A stretch of 55,483 nt of DNA. Origin: Octopus bimaculoides (lineage: Eukaryota). Every line of letters begins with the position of its first letter. The first letter of the stretch is position 1. Below are positions 1 through 10,296 of the stretch, piece by piece. The stretch lies in the NCBI RefSeq assembly GCF_001194135.2, contig NC_068990.1:48544509-48599991 (forward strand). Direction: 5' to 3'. The notes under the pieces are model-generated. The model made no database searches and was not told the DNA's origin. It was given only the letters and a program-made list of their open reading frames with translations. A program made the translations under genes and the position numbers.

Positions 1-205
1 ATATATACACACACACACATGTATAAACATATGCACATATACATATATACATACATACACATATATATATATATATGCATATATAGATATACACATATAC
101 ATATAAACATATATATATATGTACATACACACACATATATATACATATATACACGCGCACATATATACACACACATACATATATATACACACACATGTAT
201 ATATA
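1..205. repeat. Compound (TA)n/(CA)n microsatellite
   Basis: Directly visible; explains the spurious ORF 19..228. Confidence 0.95.
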
Positions 206-334
206 CTGACAGACAGTCAGACAGATAAGTAGTTAGATAGATCCATGCATGTATATACAGTGTGCAAGGATTATTTGATGACACTTAATTATCAGTATAT
301 TTCTCTCTTCAAACCAATTGAAACAGTTTTTTGT

Positions 335-1600
335 TGTTTCAGATCTCTTATGGCAGGTAAAATACTATCAATAGAAATGAAAAGACATGCCATCATTGTC
401 ACCATGTTTGCAGAATACAGTGATTTAGAAATTGCCAACTTTCTAAACTTTGCAGGATTTTTTTTGTCCACAAATTTTAGATGAGATTAGAAGCTTTTGG
501 TGAGATTGTTTCAACTGTATCAAAGATTAAAAAAAAAAACATTCTAAATATTGAGACACTATAAGGGCTCTACACTTCATCCAACAGGTTCAAAACATTA
601 CCAATTATGATCCCAGAAAATCAATGAGGGTCGTCACCAAAGAACTTCAGATGTAGGAGTGAACTATCAGAACTGTGGTGCACAAGGACATTCAATAAAA
701 GTTGTATGCTCTGAGAAGAGGCCTATAATCATCTACAAAGACACAGAAAATCCTTTTGCTCTGTGCCAAGCAGTTACTTAACAAGGTTAAAAAACCTCAC
801 TAATATGGTATGCTTTGGTTCTTCTCTGATGAGAAATTCTTAAACTAAGACCGACCAAAAGTCTAACAGGAGAAATGACAGAGAGTTATGTACAGATCCT
901 TCTGATGTCTCCAAAGTGATACACACTAAGTTTCCAACAACTGTGATGGCTTTAACCCTTTCTTTACTGTATTTATTTTGAGATGCTCTGTGTTTCTTTC
1001 AATTACTTTAAATATAACAAAGAATTTAGTAAGATAACTTAGTTATCATTCAGCTAGTGTTAGAAACATAAATTGTGACTAAGGTTTGGTAGAAGATTTT
1101 AATTCAAAACTTACGAAAACAAGACATTTGCACTCAGAGCCAGAGCCGGTTTCAGCTGGGTTCGTAATGAAAGGGTTAAGAGTGGTGAGTAACAAAGATC
1201 ACATAATACCACCTCACATGTTTCAAGGTCTTAGAATTAAACTTGCTGAATACATTGAGGTGTTGGAGATATTTGTTAAGCCCTGGATGGGTGAAGTATG
1301 GACTGGAAACCATAAATGTTTCACCAAGACTAAGCCCATGTAATCTAAGAATGTATGATACACAATCTTTACCATCATGTACCACCAAACTTGTGGTTTC
1401 CAAACTAGTCAGATTTTAATCCTATGGACGACTTTGTTTGGAATGTTGTTGAAAGGGAGACTAACTGATATCTGTACAATATCATAGCTTCATTGATGGC
1501 TACCATAGTCCAGGTGACATCAGAAATGAGTAAGGCCCATTTAGTGCATGCATGTTAATGATTCCAGTCCCAAAATGGAGCAGCCATCAGATGTGAAGGT
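335..1600 (+). mobile_element. Decayed Tc1/mariner-superfamily transposase, maT (DD37D)-like
   Basis: Broken frames give MKRHAIIV..., LWFFSDEK, KFPTTVMAL/RVVSNKDHIIPPHMFQGLR...YIEVLEIFVKPW, and a degenerate WPPxSPDLNP.D motif near 1395-1430. Many stops and frameshifts; ends approximate. Confidence 0.8.
956..1175. mobile_element. piggyBac-type MITE inserted in the maT remnant
   Basis: TTAA at 952-955 and 1176-1179, with CCCTT...AAGGG termini. Removing it restores ATG GCT TTA AGA GTG GTG AGT AAC (MALRVVSN). Confidence 0.85.
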
Positions 1601-2204
1601 GGATAGTCTTGTAAGGAAGCTCATCGAAAACATATGCACATATATTTTAATTAAAATACATTTCAGTTTTACAAGATTAGAGATGTTTTATTAAATTACC
1701 AAACATGGCTTTAAATACCTATTGCTCTCTTTGTATATCTTTTACTTGTTTCAGTCATTGGACTGTGGCCATGCTGGGACACTGCCTTGAAACTGGGAGA
1801 TTCTTCTTTCATTGAAGGTGATCTACCTTAGCTTAACAAATCCATTAGAACTTATATTACATATCTGCAACATCATGTGCATCTATTACATATGAACATG
1901 GTTACAGCATAAACCATGGCACTCCTGAAACAGCTGTCAAGTTAAGACTGTTGCATGACTTCTTTTGTTTACTTTAATCTGTACTATGTATTTTGTATTC
2001 CATTGTAAGCATACAAATTAAACCTACTTGTGTTTATCTGCATTTCTACCATTAGAGCAGCTAAACAAGAATCATTCTTATCAGTAACTTTCAATGCTAT
2101 AGCACTAACCCTGGAGGTAAGGGTTGGAGAGTTTAAGTTCTCATCCATCTGTGCACTACTCTGCAATATCTATACCACTCTTACTTTGCACTCTCCAACA
2201 TACA

Positions 2205-2238
<34 letters not shown>

Positions 2239-3025
2239 AAACTGTCACTAAATGTGACTAAGGTGTTAGAAACACCCTAGCAATGTAGGTGTTTCTAAAC
2301 TCTATAACATCTCCACATAATCAGAGCTTTATGACAGTTTTATCTGAAATATCTCTCTATATCTGTCTATATGAACAGCAATTATGGTTGTCAAAACTAC
2401 AGATACTATTGTCGAAAACAACTTTTCCTTTAATAAAAATAAGAATAAAATTTTTTAAATGATTTAATTAAAAAGTTATAAAGCAATATAATCAATTTGG
2501 ATCATTTTATGCATTCTTCCTCCTTTTCTCTACAAAGGCTTTAATACAAGTCTGCCTGAAAAGTTCAGTGTCCTTAATACAGAGAGCTCTACAGACACTA
2601 CAATCAGCCACTGAATCTGTGAAGGAAATCATAGCCTCGCTCATTTGACACATCTTCAGATTTCACTTCAGAGAGTCTTTATATCACTTCAATGATGCTC
2701 CAACAGAATGCTTGTGACTATCAAGCTAGCCATAAAAGACTGGACACAATAAATTTACTATAAGCAAGAACCTACTGGAAAGTAATAAATATGTTACATT
2801 TCTTACAACAAAAAAATACAGCTTCCATCGCCAGCACAATTAGATTATAGCCTCTTTCTGCCAGCATATAAAACAACATAGTTATACAGCATTTGACCAA
2901 TAGTGCTTTGTCTGCATGCACTTAACTGTTGCATTATAAGAAGCTAAATTCCAGTGCTACTATAATACATACTGTAATATTGTGCTTGGCATGATCAGCT
3001 AAATTTAGCTGCAAATAATGCTTAC

Positions 3026-3034
3026 CAAATCTTA
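3026..3034 (-). CDS. Candidate 9-nt in-frame microexon (V-R-F) of the SYTL gene
   Basis: Minus strand reads ttgttgtttctttgttAG/TAAGATTTG/GTAAGC. Compatible with phase 1 from the 3595-3471 exon and has no stop. No homology or transcript support. Confidence 0.3.
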
Positions 3035-3470
3035 CTAACAAAGAAACAACAATCATACTCATTTTTTTTTTTATATTACAGACTGGCATTTGTTGTAAGA
3101 TAAAGTTAATACCTAAATTGTGCTGGATGGATACATTTGTATCAGTCTTTGCAGATATTTACTAATAGTGACTTCTTGTGAAGATATCTATTTAAAAGGA
3201 CAGTTACAATCTATTATGGATGGGTAACATATAATCATTCTTTATTTTTTGCTTTTCAGAATATTCTATGAAACTAAGGATCAATTACACAAAATTAGAT
3301 TCTTCATCTATATAAAATAAAAATGAAGAAAAAAGAAAATAAAGGAATAATGAAAGAAATTTAGACAATTTTTGAATATCAAATTGTTTTATATCAAACT
3401 TCTCCAAAACTCTGATAAATGTTCAGTTTTCTTCCGAAATAATTTTAGAATTTGAAGAAATTTAACTTAC

Positions 3471-3595
3471 CAGGTGCAGGGGCAACAGATTTCACCAAAA
3501 CTGACCGGATCAAGTCTGAACCAGAGGCTCTTCTGGTTAGACCTCTGGTACGAGGTTTCCCATGAGTCCAGTCTCCAGATAGCCATTTCAATTGC
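3471..3595 (-). CDS. SYTL5: Synaptotagmin-like protein (SYTL4/5-type) coding exon, end of Slp homology domain
   Basis: ttttttcaattatAG/G...CCTG/GTAAGT, 125 nt. Translates (M)QLKWLSGDWTHGKPRTRGLTRRASGSDLIRSVLVKSVAPAP. Phase matches the upstream exon (AT/G = Met). Resembles QLRIITGEWF...GTDVVRQSI of vertebrate SYTL5 as I recall it; SYTL4 vs SYTL5 is not resolvable. Confidence 0.88.
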
Positions 3596-4324
3596 CTATA
3601 ATTGAAAAAAATATTCCAGAATCAGATTTTAGCAATGATTTGTAATCATTTAGATATTATTTTAGTTTTATATATTTTCAAGATGACAATACAGCTATTT
3701 AAAAATAATTTAGAATTTCTTCACACAGTTTATGATATTACTGAGGCCCCTGGTGAAATTTGTAAAACAAATGGTAAACAACTGGAAAGTTGTTTCATTC
3801 TATAGCTGAAAATATTTCTTTTCTTTTACATTGGTAATGCTTTTCAGAAAGGTATTAATTCACACTGTTCATTTCCCTACTACAATACTGAGCCTTTTTG
3901 CAGAGTTTAAAAAATAAATGGTATTTGAATAAAGATATAAGAAATGTAGATCTCTTTTGATTAAGCATAAAGGCTTATATTTTAGACATATAGAAATAGA
4001 ATGTGTGACAAAATAAGATGAAATAGCTAAACTCAGAAATTGAAACAGCAGAACAGATTTAGGTGAACAAAAACTTAGCTCTTGTTTTGATGCACTAGCT
4101 ATTTCTTATTCAAATACTGATGTTAAGAAATAAACATGCTTAGATAATCTGATTTAAACTCAAAGTTAAGTATAGTAAGAATATTTTAACAAGTTAACAT
4201 TGATAAAAGTACTACAATTGAATTTGTGAAGAAATTAGAAAAGGAAGTTAAAATGTTTCGGAATGAAAGGAAGTAGTAAGATGAGTGATGTAACAAATTA
4301 TATATATAATAAATGAAAAAATGT

Positions 4325-4650
4325 ATGGTAAATAAACAGTTCCAGGTTCAGTCCCACTGCATGGTACCTTGGACAAGTGTCTTCTGCTATAGCCTCAGGC
4401 CGACCAAATCCTTGTGAGTGGATTTGGTAAATGTAAACCAAAAGAAGCTCGTTTTTTTATATATTTGTGTGTGTGTCCCCACTCCATTGCTTGACAACCG
4501 ATGTTGGTGTGCTTATATCCCCATAACTTAGAATAAGTACCAGGCTTACAAAGAATAAGTCCTGGAGTCGATCTGTTCGATTAAAGGCAGTGCTCCAGCA
4601 TGACTGCAGTCTAGTGATTGAATCAAGTAAAAGAATAAAAGAAAGAATAC
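4325..4650 (+). mobile_element. tRNA-derived SINE, family A (gttcagtcccactg...tccagcatg...gaaacaagtaaaagaataaaag)
   Basis: Same sequence recurs about ten times in the window on both strands. Confidence 0.8.
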
Positions 4651-5251
4651 GACATAATGTATACTGAGAGTAAAACCAGATGGATGATAACTGGTGAAGA
4701 ATTAGGGACCTTCTGTTATTGTTTCCTATCCAGTTTTACACCCAGTATTCATTATGTCATATGTTTATTTACCATACATTTTTTTCATTTATTAAGTAAC
4801 GGAACACAACACACACCGAATTTATACACACTCACACACATGCACACGCGCACACACACATAGCCAGTGTGACAGAATGGTTCAGAAGTTTGCTCTACAA
4901 CTACAAAGTCTTGAGATAAATCCCACTGCAAGGCATCTTGGGCAAATGTCATTTTTCAATAGCCACAGGTTAACCGAAACATTCATTATGAGTGAATATG
5001 AGTAGATGGAAATTGTATAGATGTTTGTTGGATGGATTGTATCTATAATGTGAAGGTACAGCTTTGTCCCATGCTAATTCTGAGAGAGAGTTACATTTGG
5101 GATATACATGTCCATGGAATACTCACATGTTACTACTTACATGTTAATTCAAGGGGGCAGATATTACAGCTGATCAAACAACTGAATTCTCATCACCGAA
5201 AACAATAGAGATTTATCTATTCATCCATGTGTGTGCATGTGTATGTGTGTA

Positions 5252-5304
<53 letters not shown>

Positions 5305-5578
5305 CATGAGATTAAATGGATGGATGAACAGATCAATAGATAATTGGATACATAGTTAGACAAGTAAATAGATAAATGAATGGCAGTTTGAATAAATGTT
5401 TCAAGTTTCTTGCCAAGCACACAGACATGCACAAACTTCTTAACACACAACTACACCCACATGGATGGATGGGTGGGTGGAATAGCACAAAGAGATTAAG
5501 GGTAAAAAGTGATGGGCATTTGGACAATGTGGGAGGCTACAAAAGGTAGATAAAAATTCAAAAGATGATTATGATGAT

Positions 5579-6262
5579 CATCATCATCATTTTTGTCTGC
5601 TTTTCATGCTAGCATGGGTTGGACGATTTGACTGGGGACTGGTGAACCAGATGGCTACACCGGACTCCAATCTGATCTGGCAGAATTTCTACAGCTGGAT
5701 GCCCTTCCTAACGCCAACCACTCCGAGAGTGTAGTGGGTGTTTTTTACATGCCACCAGCATGAGGGCCAGTCTGGCAGTACTGGCAATGGCCATGCTCAA
5801 ATGATGTTTTTTACGTACCACCTGCACAAGAGTCAGTCCAATGTTTTGTTCACATGCCACTAGCATGAGTGCCAGTAAGGCGAAGCTGGAAACAATTGCG
5901 CTCAAATGGTGCTTCTTATGTGCCACCGGCACAGGAGCGAGACCGTTGCTCTGGCAGTGATCCCGCTCGGATGGTGCTGTTAGCGCTCCACTGGCACAGG
6001 TGCCAGTCATCAAATTTGGTTCAGTTTCGATTTCACTTGCCCCAACAGGTCTTCGCAAGCTGAATTTAGTGTCCAATGAAGAAAGGTTGGCATGAGTGCC
6101 AGTCATTGAATTTGGTTCAATTTCGATTTTGATTTCACTTGCCTCAACAGGTCTTTGCAAGCAGGGTTTTGTGTCCAAAGAAGGAAAGGTACACTGGTGG
6201 GCTGGCTACACACCTGGTAAGTGGGCTGGCTACACCCCTGGTAAAGGCCACTTGTCTTGCCG
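5579..6262 (-). mobile_element. 3' UTR/tail fragment of RTE-type LINE
   Basis: Reverse complement matches 47575-48199, including the aaaagcacc tandem units and the (GAT)n tail. Confidence 0.8.
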
Positions 6263-6264
6263 AA

Positions 6265-7560
6265 TCAATGAATAGACAAAATGTAAACACAATAAAGAAA
6301 CAGAAGGTTGTGCACAGAGAATTGTACACTACAAACACAAAAAAGGAAAAGAGATAGACTGACGTTTCAAGTGAACCCTTTATCAAAGTAGAGTAAAAAA
6401 GAAATAAACTAGGAACAAGAAAAGAAATGATACCTGTTTTAAGCATGTGATTAATTTTTGACATGCTGCAGAATGTTTGGTTGACTGTTAGATTGGAAGT
6501 ATAAAAATGAACTAGGTGGCACCAAGAGTAGGCAGGGGTGTTGCAGATTAAATGGTGGTACTAGCAGATAGGGGAAAGTATTAGAGAGAGAAGGGAGAGA
6601 TGGTAGCAAGGGAAGAGGTTGAGAGGAAAAGAGGTGTGACAGATGTGAGAGAATGCACAGAAGTACTGTGTATGCATGTATAAGCAATTGTATATCTGAA
6701 TATTAATAGGAGTCTCTGTGTGTGTGTAGTGAGTATTTGTGAAGTCAGTAATGTTTATGTGTGTGTGTGTGTGTGTCTGTGCACGCGTGTGTGATATATT
6801 TACATGATATGAAGATATAGATGTGTAGGTTGTGTATGTAAACTATGAAGTATATAATGTGCTGGTGTTCAAGGAGGAGAAACATAGTCGGGGAGGGGGC
6901 TTGTGAGGATAATGTGCTGGTGTAAGGAGGAGATATGTGGCCTGGTGGGGGCTTAGTGTCTCCAGTTTTATTCTGATACTATACTTCACTCTCCCCTTTC
7001 ATCTTCCCAACCTCTCCTACTAATGACAATACCCTGTTGTCTCGCTCTACTAGACTATGAGGTGTACAGGTGTAATGGGTTACATGCTGAATGTATTATG
7101 TACAGAATGGGAGGTTACAGGGCAATTAGATGAATATGACTGTGCTATTCATAACTAAAGGTGAGGAGCATTCAAGGCAAAAGATGAGGTATAGTTCTTT
7201 ATGATAGTGAAAAACAAGTGGCCATGGTGTAAAAAAGACACCACTGACTGAGAGAGTGTGGGTAGGTGAATTGAAATGATGTGTTAGGTGTTCTGTGAAA
7301 CAATCTGCTAACTTGTGACCTATCTCTTCAATGTACAGGGACCCACATTGAAGACACCTAATGAAATATGTTACATTTTTTTGTACTGCAGGAAAAATGT
7401 GTCAATGATATACAGGGGATGTTGGTTGGGTCCAAGAAGGGTTGTATTGTTGTGGCTGTACAGATAAGTATAACAATGGGCTTGGGAGCAGGGAAAGAAT
7501 ACAGGTTGGGTACTGGGAGGGTTATATATGGATGTTGGACTGTCCTGTTGTAAATGATAG
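6265..7560 (-). mobile_element. Penelope-like element 3' fragment (GIY-YIG endonuclease end plus pseudo-LTR)
   Basis: Minus strand near 7400-7270 reads FSCSTKNVTYFIRCLQCGSLYIEEIGHKLADCFTEHL, then HFNSP; followed by a pyrimidine-rich tail carrying a hammerhead relic. Confidence 0.75.
6353..6392 (-). ncRNA. Degenerate minimal type-I hammerhead ribozyme (Penelope type)
   Basis: Minus strand reads ACT-TTGATAA-AGGG ttca CTT-GAAAC GTC-AGT. Stem I ACT/AGT is intact; the core CUGAUGA has two substitutions. Confidence 0.6.
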
Positions 7561-7788
7561 ATGAGTTCTACAAATTATTGCTGAACAACCTGCACAGATG
7601 ATTTTATTTATAGTGATCAAACATTTGTGCTGCCACAAATCAGATGTTAAGTTGATCGCAACACAATACGAGATCATGAGATGAAGTGTTTTCCCAAGAA
7701 CACAATGCACCACTTGGTCCAGGAATTGAAAATATGTTCTTACAATCATAAGAGTGACTTCCTAACCACTAGGCTATGGGCCCCCACA

Positions 7789-7826
<38 letters not shown>

Positions 7827-8164
7827 ATGTGTGCACACGTGTCTCTCTCTTTCACTCATGTAAGTCAGTAAAAAATACATATACTAGCAATAATTGGCAA
7901 AACAGTTGCTATTTAAATGGAATCCTTTGTGGCATTTGCTTTGAAAATTCTACTTTTCTCAAATGCAATATGAAATATATATTATAAATACACTATTTAT
8001 TTATATATGCCTGTGTTTTAATATTTTGTTTAGACATTGCAAGACCAATAACCCAGTGTAGAACTCAATGTACGCAGGTTTCAGAATGAATGGTTGGCTG
8101 ATTATAGAACAATAATGAGAGAGAGGTGACAAAGGAATAAATGATTATCTTAAAAACTTCATTA

Positions 8165-8244
8165 GCTTACACCTATTTCTGCTATAAGACGCAGTGTACT
8201 CGCAGTTGAGTACCTGAATAACACCTTATAGCTACATCAGAGAC
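8165..8244 (-). ncRNA. Hammerhead-like motif, minus-strand arm
   Basis: Minus strand reads GTCT-CTGATGT-AGCTATAAG...CTTATAGC-A-GAAAT AGGT GTA-AGC. Confidence 0.55.
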
Positions 8245-8416
8245 TCGAATATGAAGTGCAATTTATTTAGGAAAGAATGACATTTGTGCCTATATAGGGA
8301 ACATCATCAACGATGAGTAAAGTCATTACAGATGTAAACTTTTCTCATAGTTGATGTTGTTCTCTATATAAGCACAAATATAATTCTTTCCCAAATAAAT
8401 TGCACTTCATATTTGA

Positions 8417-8497
8417 GGCTCCGATGAAGCTATAAGGTATTATTCAGGCACTCAACAATGAGTTCACTGCATCTTATAGCAGAAACAGCTGTAAGCT
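8417..8497 (+). ncRNA. Hammerhead-like motif, plus-strand arm
   Basis: GGCT-CCGATGA-AGCTATAAG...CTTATAGC-A-GAAAC AGCT GTA-AGC: 8-bp stem II, palindromic stem III ACAGCTGT, stem I GCT/AGC. Confidence 0.6.
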
Positions 8498-9304
8498 AAT
8501 GAAGTTCATAAGATAATCATGTATGTGTGTGTGTGTGTGTGTGTAAACATTTATAAGTACACACACACAGACACACATACAAACGTTTTTATATACACAA
8601 AATATTTGTGCATACATATTTGTACACTTGTGTATAGTTATTTATATTCTACCATTTTGCTATATAACCAAGTGTGTTGTTAGAGAATTGATACAAATTT
8701 TTCATCTTTTCCTTACTTTATTTGATATACATAAAATATTTTTGTGTGTGTTATACATATTATATTAAATTTAAAATTAAATTAAAATTAAATATAAAAT
8801 AATATATAAGCAATAATTAAAAACTATACTGGGCTTCCAAAGGTTTCACCACAAGGTTCTTATTCAAGCCTCAGTCATTTCCCCACTTAAATATTCCAGG
8901 TGCTGAATTTAAAGGGGATTTACACCCCATCAATGAGGTGAGGAAAACAGTGTATAATTTTGCTAGGAAAAAAGAGAAGTGGGACGTTGGAAAGAAAATA
9001 AGATATAGAAATGAGGGAAGAAGGAAAAGTGAAAGAAGAGATAGTTGAGCAAAGCTAAAGAAATCCTAACATTAAGAAATTTCAAATCTCAATGCAATTG
9101 CATGTTTTAGTTTCATGAAGATGATTTCCCAATCTGAAATTCAGGCATGTTTTTTTTTAAGTGTCTGCCTTTAATGAATACCTCTGGCATTTAAATAGAG
9201 TTCTTGAATATTTAGATTTTTGAAGATTTTCCTTTTTGCAGCTGTGCTCAGATCATACCCAACAATTCTTTTTTTTAACATTCTAGATCTTTTGAAGATG
9301 ATCC

Positions 9305-9433
9305 ATTTAAAATAGCTTGTGTCCCAACCATGTGGTCTTGTGTTCAGTCCCACTGTGTGATACTTTGTGCAAGTCCCAGGCCAACCAAAACCTTGTGAGT
9401 AGATTTGGCAAACAAAAACTGAAGAAGCATGTG

Positions 9434-9514
<81 letters not shown>

Positions 9515-10015
9515 CGTGCGTGCGTGCGTGCGTGTGTGTGTGTCACATCACTGTTTGACAACTGGTGTTGGTTTGTTTACATCCACATAACTTAGCAGTT
9601 TGGCAAATAAGATAAGTAGAATAAATACCAAGGTTAAAGAGTGCTGGGGTCAATTTGTTCAACTAAACCAGGGCTTCTCAACCATTTTTATCTATGAACC
9701 CTTTGATTACTATTTTATTCTGGTGGACCCTCATAGCCATTCTATTTATAGAAACTTCTTTCAAAATTCCTATTTCGTTTTTTACACATTAATTTGTGTA
9801 GGTTGAATGATGTAAATTGTTAGAGAAAGAAACCTGTTTCTTGCAATACATACATCTGAAGCAAAAGTTTTTCAAGGGCCCTTCAAAAACTATTGTGAGT
9901 CCTAAAGTTACTATTTTGTTGCATGGACCCCAAAGAATCTTATATGGACCCTCAGGGGCCATATGGACCATGATTGAGAACACTGAACTAAACCCTTCAA
10001 AGTGGCCCAATGCAC
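9305..10015 (+). mobile_element. Family A SINE interrupted by a hAT MITE
   Basis: SINE body with an internal (TG)n; it resumes after the MITE as aacccttcaaagtgg. Confidence 0.75.
9669..9985. mobile_element. hAT (Charlie-like) MITE
   Basis: Perfect 8-bp TSD AACTAAAC at 9661-9668 and 9986-9993; termini CAGGGCTTCTCAA / TTGAGAACACTG. Confidence 0.9.
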
Positions 10016-10296
10016 ACATACACTTTCTCAGCCCTCAACCTTTGAACCAACAGAACATCCTTGATGTATCAGATGATGGAGAGGGCTGCACCCATTCTAA
10101 GCTGACACTCATTTTCAGTTGAGTGGATACAGCAATGTGAAATGAACAGCTTTTCTCAAGAACACCTTGTATCAGCCGGTCCAGGAATCAAACCTGAAAC
10201 CTTATGATCATAAGTACAACACTGACCACTAAGGTATATGTCTTCACACATACAGTGTGTATTTGTGTATATGCGCACATGTGTATGTGTGTATAT

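Larger units (their letters stand above)
8141..8520. repeat. 380-bp near-spacerless palindrome, each arm with a hammerhead-like motif
   Basis: atgattatctt...aagataatcat termini. Arms pair inward almost to the centre (~8330), roughly 80-85% identical by eye. Confidence 0.92.

Noticed and set aside
1890-1945. GAAACAGCTGTC hammerhead-like 3' half
   Set aside because: No recognisable CUGANGA core or stem I upstream.
2028-2160. Possible next SYTL exon (SSAQMDENLNSPTL...), with cAG acceptor and GTAGGT donor
   Set aside because: Its open frame needs a phase-0 acceptor, but the upstream exon ends in phase 1, and the phase-1 readings hit stops. No homology.
2545-2760. Possible mariner 5' remnant (tacaagtctgcctgaaaagttc)
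   Set aside because: Only a TIR-like start; no translatable motif or partner TIR found.
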